Part shown: one piece after another, positions 44,335-55,391 of the stretch
How positions within the stretch are numbered: position 1 is the first letter of the stretch
Layout of the letters: each line of letters begins with the position of its first letter
Source: Nitrospirales bacterium
Lineage (GTDB): Bacteria > Nitrospirota > Nitrospiria > Nitrospirales > UBA8639
Assembly: GCA_963422365.1 (NCBI GenBank)
Contig: OY729426.1
Coordinates: 1,312,001-1,376,000, forward strand
DNA length: 64,000 nucleotides
Direction: 5' to 3'
The notes under the pieces: model-generated
What the model was told of the DNA's origin: nothing
The model's database searches: none
The model's input: only the letters and a program-made list of their open reading frames with translations
Position numbers and translations under genes: made by a program

Positions 44335-44769
44335 TTATTTCCACCCCCCCACGAGGATGCCTTCTTCAAAATACAGATAGCGGTGCTGGACGGATCCGGC
44401 CTCAATCCAATCCTCATAGACCCATTCTTCCCGTCGAACTCCACGGTCGGTATAGGTAATGTTCATTTGGTAAGGTGATCCCCAGGCTTGAATGGCTTGC
44501 TCGCGCGTCATGCCCACAATGACGTCCTTCTCTTGGATGTGGCGTTCAAAGGTCGGGTCCAAGAGTCCCGGCAGAAATCCCCATGCAAGCATGAAGACGG
44601 CAAAGGTGCCCAATAAAGTATAGAGGGTAATCCGGACTGGGCGTCGGCACGGTACGGGGAGCGGTCGTCCTTGTGAGCCGTCTTCCTTGTGGGGAGGCGA
44701 CGAATCGTGGGGAGAATCCTGGAGAACTGAAGTGGGGAGCGATTCTTGCGGAGGCATAGGCGATCTCAT
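44335..44769 (-). CDS. Membrane-anchored SmpA/OmlA-like hypothetical protein
   Basis: One TM helix; VGMTREQ...WGSP, EEWVY and LYFE.G.L. Confidence 0.65.
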   Translation of the reverse strand: MRSPMPPQESLPTSVLQDSPHDSSPPHKEDGSQGRPLPVPCRRPVRITLYTLLGTFAVFMLAWGFLPGLLDPTFERHIQEKDVIVGMTREQAIQAWGSPYQMNITYTDRGVRREEWVYEDWIEAGSVQHRYLYFEEGILVGGWK

Positions 44770-44813
44770 CAGAATAGCAACCGTGAACGAAGGCAGTCAA
44801 TGTAAAGGCGACG

Positions 44814-45176
44814 ATGTTTATTGAAGTGGAAGAGAATCCGAACTGCGAGACGTCGGTCTTTCTTCGGTTTAAGGAATTGGGTCCGGCGCAGCGTCTTCGG
44901 CAAGTCAAGAGTGACGAACATTCTTCACGGGGTGAATGGTGTGAGGTCGTGGGATGGACAGATCATGAAGATCGTCCGGAATGCCAGGCCATGGTGCAAC
45001 CTGTTGAAGAATCCGGGCGCGGGGTGGCATATGTGGTGTTTGGAGGAGTGTGGGGGGTGCGATTGAAAAAAGAGGGGGTCCAAGAGGCTTGGAGCCTGGA
45101 AAGCCCCAATCAGTGGGGTGACGCCTACTTGCTGTTAATGGATGCGCATGATCTTCGATTGGAAGAAGGAGACTAA
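44814..45176 (+). CDS. Hypothetical protein
   Basis: Clean 120-aa ORF with natural composition. Confidence 0.55.
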   Translation: MFIEVEENPNCETSVFLRFKELGPAQRLRQVKSDEHSSRGEWCEVVGWTDHEDRPECQAMVQPVEESGRGVAYVVFGGVWGVRLKKEGVQEAWSLESPNQWGDAYLLLMDAHDLRLEEGD

Positions 45177-45205
45177 GGGAAACCCGGAAATGGAGCGTTC
45201 GTCCG

Positions 45206-45991
45206 CTATTCGGCGTAGACCGGAACCGGAATGGTTTTCTTGGGTTTGGGCGGTTCAGGAAGGCGTTGGGTAAATTCTGGGGAGTAGGGGTTCAGGATAG
45301 GTTCATGGGTATGATGACCGATTTGATGAATCCGCGATAGGCTTTGAACGGTAAATTCCAATCGATCGATGGAGGAGTTGATGGTCAAATAGTCTGGAAG
45401 ACCATTAAGGGAGAATAATTGATACGCCAGCGTCCAATCCCCATCCTTTTTATTCCATTGCTCTATGACGAGTTCCGCCTCCTCTGACGGAGGGCCCTTA
45501 AACAACAGGACCCACAGATTTGATCGAAACGCCGGGTCATTCGGGCTCATCGAAGGGCTGAATTCTTGGACTAACGCAGGAATGGTCTTTAAGGGAATAC
45601 TGGGAGTGAATTCGACTTCAACTCGTTTGACGTGCAGTGTGGGAAAAGCTCCTGCCTCGCGGAAATCCGGCTTATAGACAAACGAGTATCGGACCTGAAC
45701 GCCGTCACGCGAGTAGGTGTACACATCCTCGCCATTCTGAGGAGACACGAGCTTACTAAAATATTTTTCCCAGTCCTTGGGCGAATAATAGCTAAACACG
45801 CGAAGGGCAGCCTTTCTCGAACGGATGGCGTGAGGCGTCCCGAGCTTATCATGGACTTCTTGTTTTGTGAGCCCGAGAAACCCGTCTTCGAAAAAGGGTT
45901 CGGCGTGCAGGGAAACCCTCGGAAACACAACCATCAGGCCGACGGTAAAGAGCAAACACAGGGGGAATCGCTGCAAACAAAGATTGTGCAT
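45206..45991 (-). CDS. Hypothetical exported protein
   Basis: Signal peptide; LGLTKQEV..KLG.P motif. Confidence 0.65.
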   Translation of the reverse strand: MHNLCLQRFPLCLLFTVGLMVVFPRVSLHAEPFFEDGFLGLTKQEVHDKLGTPHAIRSRKAALRVFSYYSPKDWEKYFSKLVSPQNGEDVYTYSRDGVQVRYSFVYKPDFREAGAFPTLHVKRVEVEFTPSIPLKTIPALVQEFSPSMSPNDPAFRSNLWVLLFKGPPSEEAELVIEQWNKKDGDWTLAYQLFSLNGLPDYLTINSSIDRLEFTVQSLSRIHQIGHHTHEPILNPYSPEFTQRLPEPPKPKKTIPVPVYAE

Positions 45992-46212
45992 GAATCGATC
46001 TCAATCAGACTCAAGAACTTTCATCCTAACCTTGGACTGAAGTTGAGTCAAGCAAGTGGCCTTGCCTTAGACGCGGTGAATGAAGCTTCGAGAGTTTTTG
46101 ACCGTGAGAGACGGGATCAGTATAGTCATTCCTTTTCGTCCGGAGCAGCGTTGGGAACTTTTGCAGAAGGTCGGTGCCCACTTTCAATCCGTCCTGAGTC
46201 TATGAGGATCAC

Positions 46213-49200
46213 GTGGTGAATCCAAGAACCCGAATTGAAGAACTGAAAGATTGGCTTCGTCAACGGATCGTCGTGCTGGATGGCGCCATGGGCACGATGA
46301 TTCAGAAACAGAACTTAACGGAGGCGGACTTTCGGGGAGAGCAGTTTGCCACGCATTCCTGTGATGTCAAGGGCAACAACGACCTGTTGGTTCTGACCCA
46401 ACCGGACCTCATCGGCTCGCTTCATCAGGAATATCTGGAAGCCGGCGCGGACATGATCGAAACGAATACGTTTAACTCCAATGCGATCTCCATGGCCGAC
46501 TATCAAATGGAGACTTTGGCGTATGAGTTGAACGTGGCCGGGGCCATGGTGGCGCGGAAGGCGGCAGATGCGGCTATGAAAAAAGATCCCTTGCGGCCGA
46601 GATTCGTGGCCGGAGTGATGGGGCCCACCAATCGGACGGCATCCATGTCGCCGGACGTGAATGACCCGGCTTTTCGCGCGGCGACGTTTGAACAATTGCG
46701 GAAAGCGTACTACGAACAAGTGCGGGGCTTGGTGGAGGGCGGAAGCGACCTGCTTCTCGTGGAAACGATCTTCGATACGCTCAATGCGAAGGCTGCCTTT
46801 TTTGCCATCGATCAATATCGCCAGGAACAGGGGGTGTCTCTTCCGGTCATGGCCTCCGTGACCATTACTGATCAAAGCGGGCGAACGCTCTCCGGGCAGA
46901 CGATTGAAGCCTTTTGGCATTCCATTGCCGATGCGGATCCCTTCAGCGTCGGGATTAATTGTGCCCTGGGGGCCAAGCAAATGCGTCCCTATATTGAGGA
47001 ATTGTCGAAATGTGCCCCGGTCTACATCAGTTGCCATCCCAATGCGGGATTGCCGAATGCTTTCGGTGGGTTTGACGAGACACCGGAGCGGATGGCGGAG
47101 GACTTACGCGATTTTGCCGGGAATGGGTGGTTGAATATTGTGGGCGGATGCTGCGGAAGCACACCGGACCATATTGCTGCTATTGCCCGGGCGGTGCGTG
47201 ATCGGCCTCCTCATACGGTGGTCGCACCCGATCATGCCACGCGGTTGAGCGGGTTGGAGTCGCTGACGATTCGGCCCGAGCTGAACTTCGTGAATATTGG
47301 AGAGCGGACGAATGTCACGGGCTCACCGAAATTTTCCCAGTTGATTCGCAATGGTCAGTTCGAAGAAGCCCTTGTGGTGGCCAGACAGCAGGTGGAAGGG
47401 GGCGCTCAGCTCCTTGACGTCAACATGGACGAAGCCATGTTGGATTCGGAAAACGCCATGGTGCATTTTCTGAATCTTATCGCCTCGGAACCCGATGTTT
47501 GCCGTGTTCCTCTCGTGATCGATAGCTCGAAGTGGTCGGTGATTGAGGCCGGGCTGCAATGCATTCAAGGCAAGGGCGTGGTCAATTCCATCAGCCTCAA
47601 AGAAGGCGAGGAGAAATTCAAAGAACAGGCCCGGCTGATCAAACGGTATGGCGCGGCCGTGGTGGTGATGGCGTTTGATGAAGCGGGACAGGCCGATACC
47701 ATCGACCGGAAGGTCGACATTTGCACCAGGGCGTACAAGATCCTGACGGAAGACGTTGCGGTTCCTCCGCAAGATATTATTTTCGATCCGAATATCCTGA
47801 CGGTCGCCACGGGCATTGAAGAACACAATAACTATGCGGTCAATTTCCTTGAGGCCACTCGGCAAATCAAAGCCGCATTGCCGCACTGTAAAGTCAGCGG
47901 CGGAGTCAGTAATATTTCCTTCTCGTTCCGTGGTAACAACGTCGTGCGTGAGGCCATGCACGTGGCTTTTCTGTATCACGCGATCAACGCCGGTCTGGAC
48001 ATGGCCATCGTCAATGCCGGCCAGTTGGGAGTTTATGAGGAGATCTCCAAGGATTTGCTGGACCTGGTCGAGGATGTCCTGTTGAATCGAAGGCCCGATG
48101 CGACCGAGCGGTTGGTCACCTTTGCTGAAACCGTGGAACAGGAAGGCAAGGCGGTGGTCAAAGCCGATGCATGGCGAGAAGGTCCGGTTGAAGCCCGTCT
48201 CTCGCATGCGTTGGTCAAAGGGATCGTGGACTACATCAACGAAGATGTGGAAGAAGCCAGGCAGGCATATGCTAAACCGCTCAAGATCATCGAAGGTCCG
48301 TTGATGGACGGGATGAACATCGTGGGGGAATTATTCGGTTCCGGAAAAATGTTTTTGCCGCAAGTTGTCAAGAGTGCACGGGTGATGAAAAAAGCCGTGG
48401 CGTATTTGCTGCCCTTCATGGATCAGGAAAAAGAAGCGTCGGGAAGTACGGCACAAGGGAAGGTCCTGCTGGCCACGGTCAAAGGCGATGTCCACGACAT
48501 TGGCAAAAATATCGTCGGCGTGGTCTTGGGGTGTAACAACTATGAAGTCATTGATCTCGGGGTGATGGTCCCCTGCGAAAAAATTTTGGCAAAAGCCAAA
48601 GAGGAACAGGTCGATATGATCGGCCTGAGTGGCTTGATTACCCCGTCATTGGATGAGATGACCTACAATGCGAAAGAAATGACGCGCCAAGGCTTTGATA
48701 TCCCACTCCTCATCGGAGGCGCCACGACGAGCAAAGCCCACACGGCCGTCAAAATCGCCCCAGGCTACCACGAACCGGTCGTGCACGTGACTGATGCGTC
48801 GTTGGCCGTGAACGTCGTCCGGCAATTATTGAGCAAAGAAGGAAAGCCCGGGTTTGTGGAAACGGTCCGGCAGCAACAACAGCAGTCGCGCGAAGCCTAT
48901 GAAGGCAAGAAAACCCGGAAGAAGTTGTTGCCGTTGGAAGAGGCACGGAAACAGCGAACCTCGATTGATTGGCAAACGTTGGAGAGAGCGAAGCCACGTT
49001 TCTTAGGAACACGGGTGATTGACAATCAACCGTTAAGCGACTTAGTGCCGGTGATCGACTGGTCGCCCTTTTTCCATACGTGGGAGTTGAAGGGCCGACA
49101 CCCAACAATTTTTGAAGATCCGACCATAGGGAGTAAGGCCAAGGAGCTGTTTGATGATGCCCAGGAATTGCTCAAGGAAATCATCGATAAACAGTTGCTC

Positions 49201-49893
49201 ACGGCGAAAGCGGTGTACGGATTGTTCCCTGCCAATAGTGTGGATGACGATATTGAAGTCTACAGGGATGACACGCGCTCGGAGGTGCTCGCCACCCTCC
49301 ATACCCTGCGGCAGCAGATCCAGAAACCGGAAGGAGAGGCAAACTACGCGCTCGCGGATTTTATCGCGCCCAAGTCGACGGGACTGGCCGACTATGTTGG
49401 CGGGTTTGCGGTGACGGCGGGTCTTGGCTGTGAAGCCCTGTGCGAACGATTCGAACAAGACCATGATGATTACAACTCGATCATGGCGAAAGCCATGGCC
49501 GATAGGCTGGCCGAAGCGTTTGCGGAATGGCTGCATCGAGAGGTCCGCAACGCATGGGGCTATGGACAAGACGAACACTGTTCGACTGAGGATTTAATCA
49601 GAGAGCGCTATCGTGGAATCCGTCCGGCTCCAGGCTATCCCGCGTGTCCGGACCACACCGAAAAACGGATCTTGTTTGACCTTCTGAAGGCCGAAAAGGT
49701 CACCGGCATTCATTTGACGGAAACGTTTGCCATGGTTCCTGCTTCGTCGGTCAGCGGCCTGTACTTTGTCCACCCACAAGCCAGATATTTCGCCGTGGGC
49801 AAGATTGATCACGATCAAGTGAAAGACTATGCCGCGCGCAAGCAGCTGGATGTGGCCACTGTGGAACGTTGGCTCTCCCCGAATCTGCTGTGA
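46213..49893 (+). CDS. metH: Cobalamin-dependent methionine synthase
   Basis: [29 protein letters not shown] and [12 protein letters not shown]. Confidence 0.99.
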   Translation: MVNPRTRIEELKDWLRQRIVVLDGAMGTMIQKQNLTEADFRGEQFATHSCDVKGNNDLLVLTQPDLIGSLHQEYLEAGADMIETNTFNSNAISMADYQMETLAYELNVAGAMVARKAADAAMKKDPLRPRFVAGVMGPTNRTASMSPDVNDPAFRAATFEQLRKAYYEQVRGLVEGGSDLLLVETIFDTLNAKAAFFAIDQYRQEQGVSLPVMASVTITDQSGRTLSGQTIEAFWHSIADADPFSVGINCALGAKQMRPYIEELSKCAPVYISCHPNAGLPNAFGGFDETPERMAEDLRDFAGNGWLNIVGGCCGSTPDHIAAIARAVRDRPPHTVVAPDHATRLSGLESLTIRPELNFVNIGERTNVTGSPKFSQLIRNGQFEEALVVARQQVEGGAQLLDVNMDEAMLDSENAMVHFLNLIASEPDVCRVPLVIDSSKWSVIEAGLQCIQGKGVVNSISLKEGEEKFKEQARLIKRYGAAVVVMAFDEAGQADTIDRKVDICTRAYKILTEDVAVPPQDIIFDPNILTVATGIEEHNNYAVNFLEATRQIKAALPHCKVSGGVSNISFSFRGNNVVREAMHVAFLYHAINAGLDMAIVNAGQLGVYEEISKDLLDLVEDVLLNRRPDATERLVTFAETVEQEGKAVVKADAWREGPVEARLSHALVKGIVDYINEDVEEARQAYAKPLKIIEGPLMDGMNIVGELFGSGKMFLPQVVKSARVMKKAVAYLLPFMDQEKEASGSTAQGKVLLATVKGDVHDIGKNIVGVVLGCNNYEVIDLGVMVPCEKILAKAKEEQVDMIGLSGLITPSLDEMTYNAKEMTRQGFDIPLLIGGATTSKAHTAVKIAPGYHEPVVHVTDASLAVNVVRQLLSKEGKPGFVETVRQQQQQSREAYEGKKTRKKLLPLEEARKQRTSIDWQTLERAKPRFLGTRVIDNQPLSDLVPVIDWSPFFHTWELKGRHPTIFEDPTIGSKAKELFDDAQELLKEIIDKQLLTAKAVYGLFPANSVDDDIEVYRDDTRSEVLATLHTLRQQIQKPEGEANYALADFIAPKSTGLADYVGGFAVTAGLGCEALCERFEQDHDDYNSIMAKAMADRLAEAFAEWLHREVRNAWGYGQDEHCSTEDLIRERYRGIRPAPGYPACPDHTEKRILFDLLKAEKVTGIHLTETFAMVPASSVSGLYFVHPQARYFAVGKIDHDQVKDYAARKQLDVATVERWLSPNLL

Positions 49894-50266
49894 GAGGCCG
49901 CTACAATCGAATGGTGTCATGGCCGTATCGTATCTCCGTATTTGTAGAGCCGCATCTCATGTGACCCCCCCCTTGAGGGAAAGTCGGGGAGCCAAGGGCG
50001 CACACCTCTACGCCAGGCGCTTGAAGTCGGCCTCGGGGTGGGGTTCACGGTAGAGGCCCGTGGCAGGGCCTTGGTCGCGCAGGAGGGTGACATCCACAAC
50101 TGAGGCGCGGGTGAATCGATTCGGCTTAGAGTCGGAGGCGGATGGGCGTGGGTTGTCGGTCACGCTGGCACCTACCTGGGGGCAGACCTCGAGGGTGGTC
50201 GTGGTACTGGGCCTGCTTCTTTAGACACGGCCTTGATCTAGAAAATTCCGTTGGCGTATTCTGGGA

Positions 50267-50677
50267 GTGATGACGATCTTTCAGAAAATCCTGAACGGCG
50301 AGATCCCGTGTCACAGGGTTTATGAAGATGAGCACGTGCTGGCTTTTTTGGATATTTATCCGTTGTCCACGGGCCATACCTTGGTCATTCCGAAAGAGCC
50401 GGTGGAAACACTGGATCAACTATCGGATGAATCAGCCGCCGCCATCGGGCGGGTCTTGCCGCGTCTCTGCAGAGCGGTGCTCAAAGGCACGGGAGCCCGA
50501 CATTTTAATGTGCTCCAAAACAATGGCGTCCCGGCCCACCAAGCCGTGAGTCACGTCCATTTTCATATCATCCCGAAAGAAGACGATGGATCAGGTTTAG
50601 GGATAGGGTGGGACACAACGCCCCTTAACCATGGGGATGACTTGGCGGCGACCATCGCCGGCTGCCTGGAAACCTGA
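50267..50677 (+). CDS. HIT family protein
   Basis: IFQKI..GEIP, GHTLVIPK and HVHFHIIP. Confidence 0.95.
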   Translation: MMTIFQKILNGEIPCHRVYEDEHVLAFLDIYPLSTGHTLVIPKEPVETLDQLSDESAAAIGRVLPRLCRAVLKGTGARHFNVLQNNGVPAHQAVSHVHFHIIPKEDDGSGLGIGWDTTPLNHGDDLAATIAGCLET

Positions 50678-50731
50678 CCGAGTTTTGACGAATCCGATAA
50701 TTGCCATTCATTTGCAATAATTGACAATCCA

Positions 50732-51121
50732 GTGGGGGCTTGGTACCGTGTCCTCACTATGGACCCGTCTCGACTTCCGTCGGTATCAGGATCATCGTTT
50801 CAAATTTCTGCGCCACCAGTGTCTGCGGGCCTCATCATCTCATTGGCCGTTGGGTCTTTGGCCTCGGTCCCTCTTGCCGGTGAGTTGGAAATCGACCATG
50901 TTTTCGGTGAGGACGGCCATCATGACCAAAAGCACCTCGATTTTGATTTGTGCACCTGGCTTGAAGTTCAAGTTTCCGTTATCCTGGCATTCGCGGTTCT
51001 TGAACTCCACCATCATTCCACGGTCTCATCGGATAAAGTTTGGGAGCCTTTCCTTGCGTTTTTACAAAAACCGGTTGTCTCCCTTCTTTCCCTCCGTGCT
51101 CCCCCTGCACTTTTCATATAA
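50732..51121 (+). CDS. Small His/Cys-containing membrane protein (DUF2946-like)
   Basis: TM helix, HHDQKHLDFDLC.W and C-terminal RAPP. Confidence 0.5.
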   Translation: MGAWYRVLTMDPSRLPSVSGSSFQISAPPVSAGLIISLAVGSLASVPLAGELEIDHVFGEDGHHDQKHLDFDLCTWLEVQVSVILAFAVLELHHHSTVSSDKVWEPFLAFLQKPVVSLLSLRAPPALFI

Positions 51122-51329
51122 CGACGGCTCCGACGACACCTTCAAGGTCTTTTCTCCTCGATGCCTCTCCTTCAAAGGTTCCTTGGGTTGACGAAATATG
51201 AAAAAGAGTTGTCGGGCACTTTCCCATGTTTTGCCGAATGAATCCGAACTTGGCCTAGCCCATTGATGTAAACGAACCAAGCGCGTATCTGAATACAAAC
51301 ACCGTTTCTTGTGACCATGCTGCGCTCAT

Positions 51330-51830
51330 TTGAAGATGTCGAGATTGTCGGCCCAAAGCGGTAAAGAAACGATTCGATTGATTGAGCAAATACAACCCGA
51401 TCCGGCCTTCCTCGATTTGCAAATGCCGGAACTGGATGGGCTGTCCATCGTACGGTCCTTTCGTCATGGGCGAATTCCGCTGGTGGCCTTTGTCACGGCA
51501 TTCGATGCCCTGCTCAACCCTGTTGATCAAGGCCGCCTTTGCAAAACGATCAATCGTGCCCATGAAAGACTCGAACGGGCCGCATTCGCAGAGCAGGAAA
51601 CTGATGAGCAGTCTGTCCGTGCGGATCGTGAATCTTCGGTGCGTGCAGTGCCGTGTATCGATCGATTTCCCATTCGAAAACAGGACGATTTATGTGTTAC
51701 CCGTTCACCATATTGCATCCGCGGTCTCAGAGGGTGAGTTGAGGTATGTGACCACTCTTCGCAAGGAACGATACACGATGAACGATTGGCTGAAAACGTT
51801 GGAAGCCAATAATGTGTTTTTTGATGGATG
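51330..51830 (+). pseudogene. LytTR-family response regulator remnant
   Basis: PD.AFLDLQMPELDG and FVTAFD; the usual DYLLKP segment is missing; frameshift into a LytTR-like tail. Confidence 0.7.
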
Positions 51831-51919
51831 GAATGAGTCCCATGGCAGCCAGAGTGAGTCGGCAATGTGTTGAGTGCACGCTTTCCGTGACTAGGGAAGG
51901 GTATAAAGAGGGTTACAAG

Positions 51920-52366
51920 ATGAAGCATGTTTGGATGGTTCTCGTGATGGCGAGTGCCTTGCTGGGAATGAGCCCCCCGTCTGTGTGGAGCCAAGTCGAT
52001 GATTCCACACATGAGTCCGATCATGTAGCGGATGAGGGCGTGGAGGTTCTTGAAACCGTACATGTGCATGGACTCAGACTGAACGAAGATCAACAGCGGG
52101 GGCCGGTCCCCAAGTACACCCCTTGGCCCACCATGCCGTCGGCGTTACAAGGCCAAGCAGTCGATGACTGGATGAAGGTGCGCATTCTTGTCAGCAAAAC
52201 GGCAGACACCATGCTTGTGGTTCTGGAGCCCGCGACGAATCGTCGACTCAACCTGGCCGGAGTTCACGCTCTCAAGCAATGGACATTCGATCCCCAAATG
52301 AATGGGGACGATCCTGTAGATGGAGCATTGACGGTCAGAATTCACTTCAGAACGCAGGAGAATTAG
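51920..52366 (+). CDS. Exported protein with TonB C-terminal-like domain
   Basis: Signal peptide; ALKQWTFDP...G.PV....VRIHF. Confidence 0.7.
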   Translation: MKHVWMVLVMASALLGMSPPSVWSQVDDSTHESDHVADEGVEVLETVHVHGLRLNEDQQRGPVPKYTPWPTMPSALQGQAVDDWMKVRILVSKTADTMLVVLEPATNRRLNLAGVHALKQWTFDPQMNGDDPVDGALTVRIHFRTQEN

Positions 52367-52467
52367 TGATCGGCCGTTTTGAAAAAACCGAAGATTGCGC
52401 GGGGCGGATATGGAGCCCCAGCCCTGCGGTAGAGCGATCGGGTTCCCTAGCAGAGAGCGAGAGGAGC

Positions 52468-53160
52468 ATGTGTAGACGGTATCCCTTCACGTGCATGCCT
52501 GAGATCGTTGCTGAGGAATTTCGCCTCGAAGAAATCCCCGATCTTCAACTTCGCTAGAACATTGCGCCCCCCCAATGGGTCTCATGTGTGAGAGTCGGGT
52601 TCCATGTACAGCAACGCGAGGCGGCCACGTTGCAGTGGGGCTTCATCCCCTCGTGGGCAAGGGTCCCCGCAAGAGGGATGGAACTCATCAATGCCGGAGC
52701 GGAAACCGTGGCGGAAAAGACATCGTTTCAAAAGCCGTTTCGAGAACGCTGCTGTCTGGTTTTCAAAAGCCGTTTCGAGAACGCTGCTGTCTGGTGCCGG
52801 CGGACGGCGACTATGAATGGAAACGGGAAGGTGCAAGAAAACAGCCCTACTCTATTCGGTTGAAAAATGAGCGCTCGTTTGCGGGGCTGTGGGATCGGTG
52901 GAATGGTGAAGATGGGAAACCCATGGAATCATGATGTACCGTGGACCACCAAGCCCAACGAACGTCTGGCCTTGATTCATAACCGGATATCGGTCATTTT
53001 AAACCTGTGGCGTAGGAGCCCCTTGGCTTGACCCCGGGTTGCAGGATGCGACTCGCCTTGTCACGTTGTTGCCAGCCTATCCGTCAGACGCCATGATCAC
53101 GGTCCCGGTCAGTAGACGGGTCAATAATCCACAAGCGGATGACGCCGCAGGGTCTCGAAG
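52468..53160 (+). pseudogene. SOS-response-associated peptidase (SRAP/YedK) remnant
   Basis: MCRRY, LR*NIAP, WGFIPSW, INA..ET, RCCLVPADG.YEW, FAGLWD.W and VSRRVN; stops and frameshifts. Confidence 0.85.
52726..52795. repeat. 35-bp perfect tandem duplication inside the SRAP pseudogene
   Basis: tttcaaaagccgtttcgagaacgctgctgtctggt x2. Confidence 0.95.
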
Positions 53161-53190
53161 CCATAAAGACGCCGGAGGAATGAAACGCAG

Positions 53191-53994
53191 TCAGAAAATA
53201 GGCCCTTCCCGGGTTGTCTGACGGGTTATTCGCCCCGCTGCCTTGGTGAGAACGGTTCGTGGAACCCATTTCGTCAACAAAGCCGCCAGCTTCCCTTGCC
53301 AGCCAATGGTGACCATAGGGTGCTTTTTCGGTAAGGCAGCCAGGGACGTGTACGCCACTTGGGCAGCCGTTTGAATGGGAAGGAGACTGGATGGACGAAA
53401 TCCGGCGGAGCTATGAAAATCGGTCTCCGTTTGTCCCGGGCAACAGGCCTGGACATGAACCCCTGTTGCGTGCACTTCCTCGGCCAACGCTTCTGAAAAT
53501 GACAGCAAAAATGCTTTGGTGGCGGCATATTCCGCGAAATACGGGATAGGGAGCATGCCGGCGATGGAGGCCACGTTGATAATGGTGCCGGATCCACGCT
53601 CGATCATCCCCGGCAGAAACAACCGAATGCTTTCCACGACGGTTTGAACGTGCAAATGGAACATCTCCTGGATACGCGGTAGTGGGTGAGAGACGAATTC
53701 CCCATACAATCCGAAGCCGGCGTTATTGATCAGCATATCCGGCGTATGCCGGTACCGCCGGCCTTCCACGAATAATTGATGCGCGGCATGAGGCTGGGCC
53801 AGATCGACGCTGAACACGTGGGCCTGAATGCGGTGGTTCGTCTCGAGTTCATGGGAGAGTTGCGTGAGTCGCGTCTCGTTGCGGGAGACCAGCAGCAGGT
53901 CATAGCCTTGGCTTGCGAGGAGGCGGGCATATCCGGCCCCGATCCCTCGTGAGGCTCCGGTGAGAATGGCAAACGGATTCGGATCGTTGGACAT
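53191..53994 (-). CDS. SDR family oxidoreductase
   Basis: TGASRGIG, NNAGFG and YAATK. Confidence 0.93.
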   Translation of the reverse strand: MSNDPNPFAILTGASRGIGAGYARLLASQGYDLLLVSRNETRLTQLSHELETNHRIQAHVFSVDLAQPHAAHQLFVEGRRYRHTPDMLINNAGFGLYGEFVSHPLPRIQEMFHLHVQTVVESIRLFLPGMIERGSGTIINVASIAGMLPIPYFAEYAATKAFLLSFSEALAEEVHATGVHVQACCPGQTETDFHSSAGFRPSSLLPIQTAAQVAYTSLAALPKKHPMVTIGWQGKLAALLTKWVPRTVLTKAAGRITRQTTREGPIF

Positions 53995-54056
53995 ATCATT
54001 CGGTGAGCAGAGAACAAACCTGCTCCGTGCAGGATAAAGCAAAGGATGCCGCAACA

Positions 54057-54626
54057 CTAAGGGGTAAGAGCAGCGCCCCAGGCTTGTCGCTGGGATTGGG
54101 CGTGGTCGGCATCCTGGTAGACCACGCGAATGATGATATTGCCGAAAGGGCGACGCACCACTTTTAAAAGAACAAAGCCGTCAGCAAACCCAATAACCAA
54201 CTCTTGGGAGATCCCCTGTTGGAAGAACGTATTTTCATGTTCGGTGGGGTGGTGGTTGACGGGGTATTGAGCGGCTAACGCTTCAAATAACTCCAAAAAC
54301 CATTCCTGAGTATAGGTGCCCATTTCAATGTCGATGCGATTCAGGGTTGCATGCGTGGTCCCGGATGGAGCGGTGGGGTCAGGTACGTCCTGTATTGATC
54401 CATAGCCTAACGTAACATAACGATTTTTCCCCAAAATGTCGTAAAGACATTCGGTCTGACTCGAACAGCCCTCAAGCGCCGCTACTTCAGCAGGGGCCAT
54501 GCCGAATTTCAATGTCCCGAATCCCTGAATCGTTGCGGCATGGGTGGAGGAGGTCAAGACCAGAAGGTTCACCAAGCTGATGGTCACAAGGGGAAGCAAG
54601 GAGATCGTTCTCAAAATATGGTTCAT
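54057..54626 (-). CDS. Hypothetical exported protein
   Basis: Signal peptide ending THA; GFGTLKFGM. Confidence 0.65.
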   Translation of the reverse strand: MNHILRTISLLPLVTISLVNLLVLTSSTHAATIQGFGTLKFGMAPAEVAALEGCSSQTECLYDILGKNRYVTLGYGSIQDVPDPTAPSGTTHATLNRIDIEMGTYTQEWFLELFEALAAQYPVNHHPTEHENTFFQQGISQELVIGFADGFVLLKVVRRPFGNIIIRVVYQDADHAQSQRQAWGAALTP

Positions 54627-54935
54627 GGACTCAGCTCCTTCTGCGAAGAAATAATCATGGGGCCAGCAGATATGGCTTCCCTGTGTCCGCAGTGAGCCGA
54701 CCCCTTTCCGCTAAGCCTAACAGAAAATGTTTACGGCCACCACCTCTGTCACGTGCCCGGCTTGCTTGGCCCCGTGTTCCTACGCACAAGACCCCAGTCG
54801 GGCGTGGGGGTATCGGCCCTCGGTTCGGAAGTAAGGCGGCCAGATCTCACCGGCTCTCCACAGACGTCCGCTAGCCGGAGGGCCGGTCACAAACTCCGTC
54901 CCTATAGTCATGTGTCGTGACCCGTTGCAACAACC

Positions 54936-55376
54936 CTAGAAGGTTTTATACTCAAGCCACTTTCCGTTTAGGGTGATCTTGCAACGATCTTCTCCCTGGC
55001 TTCCTTTGACCTTTTCCATATCCAGTGAGAAATCAATGGCACTCATGATGCCGTCTCCAAACATCTCATTGGCCATCTCCCGCAACGCATCGCCATACAC
55101 GCCAATCACCTCTAGCAGACGATATTTAAATGGATCGGCGGTATTCGGAAAGTCTGCCCGCACAGGGAACTGACTCAAGCTGGCGGTTGATTCCTGATCG
55201 AGGCCCAAGAGTGTTCCAATGGTCGCGGCTTCCTCTGGCGTGAACCGATGATTTCCATTTAAGGCAGCGGCGACAAAGGTTGGACTCTTCTGTACGGCAC
55301 CGGCTATCTGGGCAATCGTGACGTTTTTCTCCAGACGTTTGGCTTTTATGGCAGCTTTGGTACAGGTCTCTTTCAT
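54936..55376 (-). CDS. cynS: Cyanase (cyanate hydratase)
   Basis: DPFKYRLLE..VYG and FGDGIMSAIDF, carrying the catalytic R/E/S. Confidence 0.95.
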   Translation of the reverse strand: MKETCTKAAIKAKRLEKNVTIAQIAGAVQKSPTFVAAALNGNHRFTPEEAATIGTLLGLDQESTASLSQFPVRADFPNTADPFKYRLLEVIGVYGDALREMANEMFGDGIMSAIDFSLDMEKVKGSQGEDRCKITLNGKWLEYKTF

Positions 55377-55391
55377 GATGACGGCTCCTTT

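Noticed and set aside
49975..50130. RNase P RNA (gaaagtcgg ... cggctta resemblance)
   Set aside because: Motifs deviate from GAGGAAAGTCC and ACAGAAnnCGGCTTA, and the span is only about 150 nt
52726..52795. CRISPR array
   Set aside because: Only two adjacent copies, no spacer and no cas genes
54660..54930. GC-rich spacer downstream of cynS as a possible ncRNA
   Set aside because: No recognisable motif, terminator or repeat by eye
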